The position numbers and the translations under genes were made by a program. 32,000 nt of DNA, from assembly GCA_963718915.1 (NCBI GenBank), contig CAVRAI010000001.1, positions 120,001 through 152,000 on the forward strand. Direction: 5' to 3'. The notes beneath the pieces are model-generated. The model was given only the letters and a program-made list of their open reading frames with translations, was not told the DNA's origin and did no database searches. The stretch's first letter is position 1. Each line of letters begins with the position of its first letter. Shown here piece by piece: positions 1-7,530 of this stretch. Source of the DNA: an uncultured Chloroflexia bacterium. GTDB taxonomy: Bacteria; Chloroflexota; Ktedonobacteria; Ktedonobacterales; JADMIN01.

Positions 1-198
1 CCGCTTGTTGCGATTGATGGCCAGATAGTAGGTCGAGACGCCATCGCGCACGGGCGGTATCCAGGTGCGGGTATCGTCGCCCGTCGGGCTTTCGACTTTG
101 ACGACGGTCGCGCCGAGGTCGCCGAGCAGCATCGTGCAGTAGGGGCCAGCAAGCACCCGCGAGAAATCGGCAATGAGCAAGCCGTCGAGTGGACCAGG
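1..198 (-). CDS. Family III CoA-transferase (CaiB/BaiF-like), N-terminal part; gene continues past window start
   Basis: Absent from the ORF track because it runs off the window. Reverse translation of 198..1 gives [67 protein letters not shown], the conserved N-terminal block of family III CoA-transferases. The start is unresolved. In-frame TGA codons lie in the 9-bp repeats just upstream, an in-frame TTG is at 180, and the ATG at 215 is in another frame. Confidence 0.8.
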
Positions 199-220
199 CC
201 TGTCGTGTCTGTCATCTGCC

Positions 221-274
221 CGTCATGCCCGTCATGCCCGTCATGCCCGTCATGCCCGTCATGCCCGTCATGCC
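221..274. repeat. Perfect tandem repeat CGTCATGCC x6 (9-bp unit), preceded by one degenerate copy
   Basis: Counted directly: six identical 9-mers from 221 to 274. The array lies between the promoter-like module at 359-387 and the CoA-transferase coding block. It generates the artefactual HARHAR and CPSCPS track ORFs. Confidence 0.95.
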
Positions 275-327
275 TCTCGTCTGTCGCATCTGTCGGCTCT
301 GACATCGGACTTTGCTCCAGCTCTCTG

Positions 328-387
328 TGTCCGCTCTACGGACAACTGTCCGCTAGAAATCCTAGCCGCTGGAAGGGGCGCTGTCAA
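328..387 (-). promoter_or_regulatory. Sigma70-like promoter (TTGACA-17-TAGGAT) followed by a three-half-site operator, facing the CoA-transferase gene
   Basis: The minus strand reads TTGACA (387..382), a 17-nt spacer, TAGGAT (364..359), then TTCTAGCGGACAGTTGTCCGTAGAGCGGACA. The same architecture recurs at 4783-4843 on the plus strand. Confidence 0.6.
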
Positions 388-519
388 GTGGAGGATGGGC
401 TGCTGAAGCAGAATGACCACGCGCTGGACGCCACCCGCTACGCGCTGCATATCGCGCTGGGCGGCTCTCGCGCCACCAACGCCTGGATGGAACTGTATCT
501 TCGGCGAAGGGAGAGATAA
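383..519 (+). pseudogene. Remnant of the C-terminus of a phage terminase large subunit (about 45 codons)
   Basis: The tail of track ORF 205..519 reads VEDGLLKQNDHALDATRYALHIALGG. The NDHAxDAxRYA motif is typical of the last acidic motif of the terminase large-subunit nuclease domain. Nothing upstream in this frame looks terminase-like. Confidence 0.4.
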
Positions 520-637
520 TCCTGCGTCGCCGCATGAATGCCGCAGCAAGGAGCGCTCGCAGACCAGTTCCTAACACATCTGTGCTACACTGAACACCGT
601 CGAAAGCGCCATTTGAACAAGCAAGGTATAAGCAGCT

Positions 638-904
638 ATGACGACTGCATCAATTACTCTCCAGGTCGATGAGGAGGCGGCGCGCATCTATCAGAACGCC
701 TCCCCTGACGTACAACGTAAACTCGCCGCGTTAGTCAGTCTGCAACTCCTTGAGGCAGCGCATTCCACGCTATCGCTGCGAGAGGTGATGGACACCATTG
801 GTCAACATGCCGAGGAGCGCGGACTGACCGAGGAACGCCTCCAGGCAATCCTCGCGGAGATCGACGAGGCTGGCAATGCTGACAACACTGAACGCGCTCC
901 ATGA
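638..904 (+). CDS. Small antitoxin-like protein, partner of the downstream PIN toxin
   Basis: 88-aa ORF whose stop overlaps the toxin ATG (ATGA at 901-904). Clear paralog of ORF 12212..12442 (MTTASITLQV...SLQLLE versus MTTEEITLRV...SLQLLA). Confidence 0.7.
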   Translation: MTTASITLQVDEEAARIYQNASPDVQRKLAALVSLQLLEAAHSTLSLREVMDTIGQHAEERGLTEERLQAILAEIDEAGNADNTERAP

Positions 905-1395
905 ACAGCGCGCATGCGCGTCGCGTGGTCTTCGATACCAATACCCTGGTCAGCGCTCTGCTGCTCCCAACTTCGATCCCACGCCAGGCGCTCGACTACG
1001 CATTTGACCATGGCAAGGTGCTCACCTCACTGGCGCTCTTGAGCGAGTTGGATCGGGTGCTGAACTACCCTAAGTTGGCGCCCTACATCACACCTGCCGA
1101 GCGGAGCCAGTTCCTGGGCAAACTCACGTTGGAGGGAATATTGACGACGATCACGGTTCAGTTGACCGTCGTCCGTGATCCCAAAGATAACTTTGTCCTC
1201 AAGTTGGCGGTCAGTGGCGGAGTGAATATGATCGTCAGTGGTGACAATGACCTAATAACCCTTGGGAGCTATGACGGTATTCCTAATCCGCACGCCAGCC
1301 CAGTTCTTGCAGGAACCCAACCAGCCGTGAGTCATCCGCGCCACCGACGCCTGGGTCGAGTTGTATCCGAGGTGACAGCTTTAGAGCCCGTTTAA
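901..1395 (+). CDS. PIN-domain toxin (PIN_3/TIGR00305-like), C-terminus apparently frameshifted
   Basis: Motifs VVFDTNTLVSALL, RDPKDNFVLKLA and VSGDNDL. After GIP (1282-1284) the family-typical ending I-R-T-P-A-Q-F-L-Q-E-P-N-Q-P-stop (stop at 1328-1330) is read only in the +1 frame. The annotated frame runs on to 1395 with non-homologous sequence. Confidence 0.75.
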   Translation: MNSAHARRVVFDTNTLVSALLLPTSIPRQALDYAFDHGKVLTSLALLSELDRVLNYPKLAPYITPAERSQFLGKLTLEGILTTITVQLTVVRDPKDNFVLKLAVSGGVNMIVSGDNDLITLGSYDGIPNPHASPVLAGTQPAVSHPRHRRLGRVVSEVTALEPV

Positions 1396-1447
1396 GACTT
1401 GATGTCGAGTCCATAACTGGCTCTAGGCCAGTGCGAGTCGCGCAGGC

Positions 1448-1747
1448 TCAGGTTCGGGCAGATGCGGAGCGAGCGATCGTGATGTACCAGTAGCCACCTG
1501 CGAGATTCAGCGTCCCAAGCACCAGGAAAAAGGCTGCCCATCCGTAGGCGCGGTACGAGAGACACATTACGCCCGCGGCAGCTGCGACACTGCCACCGGC
1601 AATACGCGTGCCCCCAGAGGCGCGGAGATGGCGATACTCCCATGGGCTGATCAGGCGATACATGCCAAATCGCGAGGGAGATAGCCACCAGCCACGCAGG
1701 CCTTTCGCAGCGGTGTTGTCGTTGGATGTGTCATTGGATGCGGTCAT
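1448..1747 (-). CDS. Small hypothetical membrane protein (two predicted TM helices)
   Basis: Track ORF 1448..1765 trimmed to the internal ATG at 1747, which has AGGAGG 8 nt upstream. Hydrophobic stretches GGSVAAAAGVMCL and AAFFLVLGTLNLAGGYWYI. Confidence 0.5.
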   Translation of the reverse strand: MTASNDTSNDNTAAKGLRGWWLSPSRFGMYRLISPWEYRHLRASGGTRIAGGSVAAAAGVMCLSYRAYGWAAFFLVLGTLNLAGGYWYITIARSASART

Positions 1748-1846
1748 CGAGATGCCTCCTGTCACCGGTGATGTGAGTCATCCGACCATCTCTCAAAGTG
1801 ACATCTATCCTGGGGACGCTCTCAACAGGCGAAGAATGCAACCCGT

Positions 1847-2167
1847 CTACACGCCCTGACGCAATCCTTCCTCGATCCAGGTGATGTGCTCGGTCGCATG
1901 CCCCGCTCTCCCTGCAAACACGTCGCCGACGGCCTGCTCACCAACGACCAGGGGCATTAAAGCAGCTAGTTGATCATCGGTGAACTGATGCAGGAGGTCC
2001 AATGTTTCCTGCCGCGCCGCCAGGAAATCTGCTGCTAGCATCTCCATACTGTCATCATGGTGCGCGTTCACGTAGGTTTGATTGACGCTGGCGACGGCCA
2101 GCTCCAGCCGCTCATCCTCCTCCGGGGTTAGCGCGTCCCAATCGCCCAGAATGCTCGGCAGCGGCAT
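1847..2167 (-). CDS. Hypothetical protein, possibly a DinB/ClbS-like helical bundle; start uncertain
   Basis: 106-aa ORF with acidic helical sequence ending GHATEHITWIEEGL. The frame stays open for 19 more codons upstream without a start codon. A good SD-ATG (GGAGAGAAATCATG) sits there in another frame, so the 5' end may be frameshifted. Confidence 0.4.
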   Translation of the reverse strand: MPLPSILGDWDALTPEEDERLELAVASVNQTYVNAHHDDSMEMLAADFLAARQETLDLLHQFTDDQLAALMPLVVGEQAVGDVFAGRAGHATEHITWIEEGLRQGV

Positions 2168-2670
2168 GCCCTCCGGGTATTGCAGGCGTAAGAGACCGTC
2201 TCGCGTCTCGCCGGCATGATTTCTCTCCTAGAAACCAGTGGGAAGCACTAGAAAGCACAAGGCGTGTCCAGACGACTCCGCCAGTCCTAGAGACGATAGG
2301 CAACAGGCACTATAACATACAAAAGGGGAGCAAACTTCTCCTATCTTGCTCTTTTCCGCTCGACTCTATCGCCAATCTCTCCCGCAAGGCAGGTCTATGA
2401 GCGTGTTTGACAGGGCATTGGGGAGTCTGAGACGGCAGAAGAGCAAGATAGAAGAAGCGTTTTGAGAGTCCGCATGCTATCCTGAGAGGGCGCCACCGCA
2501 TGACCCGGCAAGGACCACTTTACCACCAGGGCGTACGCTGAGGTGTGGGGGTTGCCGGTTAGGGGCGAGAAAACAGGCAGTTTCGAGAGTCGCTGCGGCC
2601 AGTGTCTGTACTCTACTCAAGCGAGCAGGGAAGACCGTCGGCCCTGATAGCAGTGATTAGGAGAGCCATC

Positions 2671-3426
2671 ATGAAATTACTGCTCACTTCCGCTGGCATC
2701 AAGAACACCAGCATCCACAACGCGCTGGTCGACCTGCTGGGCAAACCGATTGCTGAGTCAAGCGCCCTCGTCATTCCCACCGCGATCTACCCCTTCCCTG
2801 GCGGCGCTGCCGGGGCCTACCGGGCGATCCGCGGAATAGCCGCCAGCCCCTTGTGCGAATTGGGGTGGAAGTCGTTGGGCGTGCTGGAGCTGACCGCGCT
2901 GCCCAGCATCGATGACGAAGCCTGGATCCCCACGGTCCAGGAGACTGACGCCCTGCTGGTGTGGGGCGGCGATCCACTGTATCTCTCCTACTGGATGCGA
3001 CAATCGAGACTGGCCAACCTCTTGCCCTCGCTGCGGCGCGAGTCGGTCTACGTCGGGGTGAGCGCCGGGAGCATGGCGACGGCCGCCACCTTCGGCGAGA
3101 CCTATCTTGATCCGCCCAAGGGCGCTAGGGCCAGCGGTGAGGCGCTCACGTCGGAAGACATCGTGTTCGCCACACCCCAGGGAGACATCAGCAGGAACCT
3201 GGTCACGGCTCATGGCGTGGGGCTGGTTGACTTTGCGGTGATTCCGCACCTGGATCACGAGGATCACCCGGACGCTTCCCTGGCCAACGCGAAACAGTGG
3301 GCCGCACGGCTACAAGCACAGGTACCCGTGCCAACGTACGCGATTGACGATCAGACCGCCATACAAGTGGTCGACGGCGCCGTTGAAGTCATCTCCGAGG
3401 GGCACTGGCAGCTGTTTACCCCCTGA
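2671..3426 (+). CDS. Peptidase S51 family (dipeptidase E-like)
   Basis: Track ORF 2602..3426 trimmed to the ATG at 2671 (AGGAGAG 6 nt upstream). MKLLLTSAG start, LVWGGDPLYL, and the nucleophile-elbow-like VGVSAGSM are typical of S51/PepE-like proteins. Confidence 0.75.
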   Translation: MKLLLTSAGIKNTSIHNALVDLLGKPIAESSALVIPTAIYPFPGGAAGAYRAIRGIAASPLCELGWKSLGVLELTALPSIDDEAWIPTVQETDALLVWGGDPLYLSYWMRQSRLANLLPSLRRESVYVGVSAGSMATAATFGETYLDPPKGARASGEALTSEDIVFATPQGDISRNLVTAHGVGLVDFAVIPHLDHEDHPDASLANAKQWAARLQAQVPVPTYAIDDQTAIQVVDGAVEVISEGHWQLFTP

Positions 3427-3550
3427 TACGCTGTTTCGGCTATGAGCACATGAGCAGTTCGTGCCAAGCCTCGTGGCTCTCGGCTCGCGCGTTGGTCACC
3501 ACAGGAGGGGGGAGGCCAAACGGCGCCAATCGCCACATTGGTCACCCTAT

Positions 3551-3687
3551 CCCTCCCCTGCGAGGGGAGGGTGGCCGAAGGCCGGGAGAGGGCCGCCTGC
3601 CCATTATCGCAGTGAGATGCACGCAAGGCAAGAGCGCGCAAAGGGAAAGCTCGCGCGCCGATAGCCCCTCTCCCTATGGGGGAGGGG
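3551..3687. repeat. G/C-rich hairpin elements (REP-like) between convergent genes
   Basis: CCCTCCCCT-gcg-AGGGGAGGG is a perfect 9-bp stem at 3551-3571. CCCCTCTCCC-tat-GGGGGAGGGG is an imperfect stem at about 3665-3687. Both lie between the stop at 3426 (+) and the stop at 3705 (-). Confidence 0.6.
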
Positions 3688-3704
3688 TTGGGGAGGGGGC
3701 CGCG

Positions 3705-4511
3705 CTACGATCTGGCGGCGATGGTCATCTCCGGGCGGCTCTGGTGGAGGGTCCAGTCGGCGCTGATGGCCTCGGCGGTCTTTAGCAGCAGCGGCAGATA
3801 GGTCTCGGTGAGGGTCTCGATGCTGGTCTCGGCGGCGTGCGTGCTGACATTGAGCGCGGCAGCCACATGGCCGGGCCGGTCGTAGACGGGCGCCCCAATA
3901 GAGCGGATACCGCGCGCCAGCTGCTCGTCGGTGAGTGACCAGCCACGCGCGCGCACCTCGCGCAGGGCGCGGTCGCGCTCTTCGGCGTCGGGATTCCAGC
4001 GCGGCGTGATGCCCGAGCGGCTCGCCTGCGCGAGCGTCCGCTCCATCTCGTCGTGCGGCAGCGCCGCGAGCAGCGCCTTCCCCAGCGAGGTCTGCAGCGC
4101 CGGGAAGCGCGTGCCGATGGTGACCGCGAGCGTGATGATCTTGGGCACGGCCACCCGAGCGACATAGACGATATCCGACCCATCGAGCTGCGCCAGCGAG
4201 GACGATTCGCCCGTCCGGGCAACCAGCCGCTCCATATGTGGGCGGGCAAGCTCCCAGATACTGGTGGCGCCGATATAGGCCATGCCCAACTCGAGCACAC
4301 GGGGCGTCAGCGCGAACGTGCCGTCGTCGGCGCGGATATAGCCCAACTCTTCGAGGGTCAGCAGGATACGCCGCGCCGTTGGGCGGGCGAGTTCCGTAGC
4401 GGCGGCCACCTCGCTGAGGCTCATCGTCGGGCGGTTGCGCGCGAACACGCGGATGACATCCAGCCCCCGCGCCAGCGCCTCAATGAAATCCGGTCCTGTC
4501 TGGCTGCGCAT
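3705..4511 (-). CDS. IclR-family transcriptional regulator (PcaR/PobR-like)
   Basis: Track ORF 3705..4613 trimmed to the ATG at 4511 (GGGAGAA SD). N-terminal wHTH (MSLSEVAAATELARPTARRILLTLEELGYI) plus an IclR effector domain (SSSLAQLDGSDIVYVARV, GKALLA, GIRSIGAPV). Confidence 0.85.
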   Translation of the reverse strand: MRSQTGPDFIEALARGLDVIRVFARNRPTMSLSEVAAATELARPTARRILLTLEELGYIRADDGTFALTPRVLELGMAYIGATSIWELARPHMERLVARTGESSSLAQLDGSDIVYVARVAVPKIITLAVTIGTRFPALQTSLGKALLAALPHDEMERTLAQASRSGITPRWNPDAEERDRALREVRARGWSLTDEQLARGIRSIGAPVYDRPGHVAAALNVSTHAAETSIETLTETYLPLLLKTAEAISADWTLHQSRPEMTIAARS

Positions 4512-4782
4512 CGCTTCTCCCTGTGCATTTCCGTGCATCGCGGCATCGTGACAGATCATGATAGTGCGCCGCCATTCTATGCTACCGTGAGCATACCGGA
4601 ACTGCGCACGCATGTCTACCGTGCTATACCGATGCCGCCTGGGTGGTTGCTGTGTGGGCAGGCAAACCGTAGAGTTTACGCTACGATGAATTTCCGCGAT
4701 TCGCCGGGGCCTTCAGGCTCCGGCGCGTTCCCCCAAATATAACACCAATGGATTCGATATCATGCGTCTAGCTCCTCGCACC

Positions 4783-4843
4783 TTGACACTGCCTGAGCCG
4801 TCGTGTAGCATTCTAGCGGACGAGTGTCCGCTATGCGGACAAC
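4783..4843 (+). promoter_or_regulatory. Sigma70-like promoter (TTGACA-17-TAGCAT) followed by a three-half-site operator, facing the amidohydrolase operon
   Basis: TTGACA at 4783-4788, 17-nt spacer, TAGCAT at 4806-4811, then TCTAGCGGACGAGTGTCCGCTATGCGGACA. This contains the perfect palindrome TGTCCGC-tat-GCGGACA at 4825-4841. Paralogous to the module at 328-387. Confidence 0.6.
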
Positions 4844-4989
4844 ACGACTCTCCGTTTCGATGTGGATGGGCAATTTGGCGAACAGGACGCTGGCAGCGCA
4901 GCCAGGCCACCAGCCCCCGCAGTCGGCGCTGACGGTCAGGCAATGCCACCGCTTCGCATCCTGCGCGCCGGAACAACGAGGTGAGCAGT

Positions 4990-6459
4990 ATGAGCCAAAA
5001 TCGCGCCCCCGTCGCCGACGATTTCACCCCTGGCCGTCCTGTAGTGTTTCGCAATGCCACTGTCCTGACCGTTGATCCTTCCCTTGGCGTCTTGACCGGC
5101 GGCGATGTCCTCATCGTTGACAAGCGTATCGCCGCCGTGGGCAAGCAGCTGACCGTCCCCGACGGCGCCGTCGAGATCGACGCCTCTGGGGGCATTCTGA
5201 TGCCCGGCATGGTAGATACCCACCGCCATATGTGGCAGACGGCGCTGCGCGGCTTCGGCGCGGACTGGACGCTAACCAACTATTTCGTCTTCTACTACCT
5301 CAGTTGGGGCAAAATCTTCCGCCCCGAAGATATCTACGCGGGCAATCTGCTTTCCGCCATCGAGGCTATCGACGCGGGCGTTACGACCACCGTTGACTGG
5401 TCGCACGGCCTGCAAACCACGCAGCACGCGGACGCCGCCGTCGACGCGCTCGAATCGGTCCCAGGCCGCTTTGTCCTGGCCTATGGCAACATCCAGCAAG
5501 GGGCATGGGAGTGGACACGCACGCCTCAATTTGCCGATTTCATCAAGCGGCGCATCGATGGCAAGGGCGATATGCTGCGCATGCAGATCGCCTTCGACGT
5601 GACGGGTGATCCAGCGTTTCCAGAGCGGGGCGCGTTCGAGGCGGCGCGCGACTTCAACCTGCCAGTGACAACCCACGCGGGCGTCTGGGGCGCGACGAAT
5701 GACATCGGCATCCAGCAGATGTCTGACAACGGCTTCTTGACGCCATCCACCATCTGCGTCCACGCCTCGACACTCTCTGAAGACTCCTACCACCGGATCG
5801 CCGCCGCTGGCGCCCACACCTCCGTCTCGGCTGAGAGTGAGGATAGCTGCGGGCAGGGTTATCCGACGACATGGGAGCTGCGGAGATTTAACATCCCCGT
5901 CTCGCTCTCGATGGATACGAGCGTCTGGTGGAGCGCCGACCTCTTCTCGGCGATGCGCGCGACCCTCGACGCCGACCGCGCGCGCACTCATCTGGAGGCG
6001 CATAAGACGAACGAGACCATAACCCACAACTTTCTGCGCGCCGAGCATGTGGTCAACTGGGCGACGATGGGTGGCGCGGCGGCGCTGGGTATGAGCGACC
6101 TCATTGGCAGCATCACCCCAGGGAAGAAGGCCGACCTCGTCCTCATCAAGAACGACTTCTCGCCCGCGATGTTCCCGATCATCCACCCCTACGGACACGT
6201 CGTCTTCCAGGCGGGACGCGGCGACGTGCATACGGTGGTGGTGGATGGCAACGTCGTCAAGTTCGACCATCGCCTGCGCGGCGTCGATCTGGCGCGGGCA
6301 AAGCAGGCCGTGGCGGCAACCGTCGAGTATACCTACTCGCAGATTGGCGAAAAAGCCTGGAATGAGACGATGTATCCCGAAAAGCCCGAGGTGGTGGTCA
6401 TCGAGAACCCCTACACCTATTCCCGGCAGGTTGACGCTCCCACCGGAGAGCAGCATTGA
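4990..6459 (+). CDS. Amidohydrolase-superfamily metal-dependent hydrolase (TRZ/ATZ or cytosine-deaminase-like)
   Basis: Track ORF 4981..6459; the ATG at 4990 follows GAGGTG. Motifs PGMVDTHRHMWQT (HxH metal motif), later HAGV, and the C-terminal GSITPGKKADLVLI typical of this superfamily. Confidence 0.8.
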   Translation: MSQNRAPVADDFTPGRPVVFRNATVLTVDPSLGVLTGGDVLIVDKRIAAVGKQLTVPDGAVEIDASGGILMPGMVDTHRHMWQTALRGFGADWTLTNYFVFYYLSWGKIFRPEDIYAGNLLSAIEAIDAGVTTTVDWSHGLQTTQHADAAVDALESVPGRFVLAYGNIQQGAWEWTRTPQFADFIKRRIDGKGDMLRMQIAFDVTGDPAFPERGAFEAARDFNLPVTTHAGVWGATNDIGIQQMSDNGFLTPSTICVHASTLSEDSYHRIAAAGAHTSVSAESEDSCGQGYPTTWELRRFNIPVSLSMDTSVWWSADLFSAMRATLDADRARTHLEAHKTNETITHNFLRAEHVVNWATMGGAAALGMSDLIGSITPGKKADLVLIKNDFSPAMFPIIHPYGHVVFQAGRGDVHTVVVDGNVVKFDHRLRGVDLARAKQAVAATVEYTYSQIGEKAWNETMYPEKPEVVVIENPYTYSRQVDAPTGEQH

Positions 6460-6506
6460 GGTGGTTCCAGCGCATGATGCGCCGCGATGCAGAGGGAGGG
6501 GAGACT

Positions 6507-7493
6507 ATGCTGGATTCCGAAATGGCCGCAGCAGTCATTCATCAGCATGCCGTTCCTCCCGAGCATCGGCGGCATCCCGTCCCGCGCCGAGGGAGCGGGC
6601 AGGCGCTGGTGCGCGTCACGGCGGCGCCCATCAGCCCGCTCGATCTGCTCTGCGCGACGGGACGCTCGTATTTTGGGCCGCCGCAGCTTCCCTATATTCC
6701 TGGCGTGCAGGGCGTCGGCACGGTGGTGGAGGCAGACGGGTTCGCGTCTGGCCAGCGGGTATGGTTCTCCTGTGACGCGGGCATGAAGCCGGGCGACGGC
6801 AGCATGGCGACCTACTGCGTCGTCGAGGAGACGGCGCTGCTCGCGCTCCCCGATGGCGTCGCCGACGATCTGGTGGCGGCGCTTGGCCTCTCCGCCATCG
6901 CCGCCTGGATGTCGCTGACCTGGCGCGGGAAGCTGCAACCAGGCGAGCATGTGCTGGTGCTGGGGGCGAGTGGCGCGGTCGGCCAGGTGGCTGTGCAGGC
7001 AGCCCGGCTGCTGGGCGCGGGGCGTGTCATTGCCGCCTCACGCGACCAGGAGGCGCTGGCGCGTGCGCTCACTCGTGGCGCCGACGCAACCGTCGATCTG
7101 ACGGGCGACGACGTGGACGAGATCCACCGCCGTATCGTAGCGGCCTGCGACGGCCCCTTACACCTCGTGATCGATCCGGTCTGGGGGCTGCCCGCGGAGG
7201 CGGCGGCTCGCTCGCTCGGCGTTGAGGGGCGGCTGGTCAACTTTGGCTCCGCCTCTGGCCCCACCGCGCGCTTCGACTCGGCCACCATCCGCAGCAGGCT
7301 GCACAATATCATTGGCTATACCAACAACGCGCTGACCCACGAGCAGAAAGCCGAGGCGCTGAGCGCGGTACTCGCCCATGCCGCCGCTGGCCGCTGTACC
7401 GTGGACCATGAGACGATGCCACTCACCCGCGCGGGCGAGGCATGGGAGCTACAGGCCGCCATTGCCCGTCGCAAGCTGATTCTGGTTCCGTAA
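6507..7493 (+). CDS. MDR-superfamily quinone oxidoreductase-like dehydrogenase
   Basis: Track ORF 6456..7493 trimmed to the ATG at 6507 (GGAGGGGAG SD). GEHVLVLGASGAVGQVAVQAARLLGA is the Rossmann motif of the zeta-crystallin/QOR subgroup. Confidence 0.8.
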   Translation: MLDSEMAAAVIHQHAVPPEHRRHPVPRRGSGQALVRVTAAPISPLDLLCATGRSYFGPPQLPYIPGVQGVGTVVEADGFASGQRVWFSCDAGMKPGDGSMATYCVVEETALLALPDGVADDLVAALGLSAIAAWMSLTWRGKLQPGEHVLVLGASGAVGQVAVQAARLLGAGRVIAASRDQEALARALTRGADATVDLTGDDVDEIHRRIVAACDGPLHLVIDPVWGLPAEAAARSLGVEGRLVNFGSASGPTARFDSATIRSRLHNIIGYTNNALTHEQKAEALSAVLAHAAAGRCTVDHETMPLTRAGEAWELQAAIARRKLILVP

Positions 7494-7530
7494 CGCGGTT
7501 TTAGAAATTGCGAGGGACATGCGCGGGGTG

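Noticed and set aside
173-519. Track ORFs 173..406 and 205..519 encoding HARHARHAR and CPSCPSCPS repeat proteins
   Set aside because: The periodic peptides are just the three-frame translations of the 9-bp DNA microsatellite. The region also carries a promoter-operator module. Only the last about 45 codons of 205..519 resemble a real protein (the terminase remnant).
3450-3785. Track ORFs 3450..3785 and 3461..3664
   Set aside because: They are translations of the G/C-rich hairpin repeats, and they run antisense into the 3' end of the IclR gene.
328-4843. The inverted 31-bp GTCCGC-rich motifs as terminal inverted repeats of a 4.5-kb transposon
   Set aside because: The similarity extends to correctly spaced -35 and -10 hexamers facing outward toward genes. 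There is no transposase and no target-site duplication. A shared promoter-operator is the simpler explanation.
5272-6456. 394-aa antisense ORF opposite the amidohydrolase gene
   Set aside because: It is a shadow ORF typical of high-GC DNA. The translation is Arg/Gly/Asp/Val-rich with no motifs, whereas the plus-strand product has clear amidohydrolase motifs and an SD.
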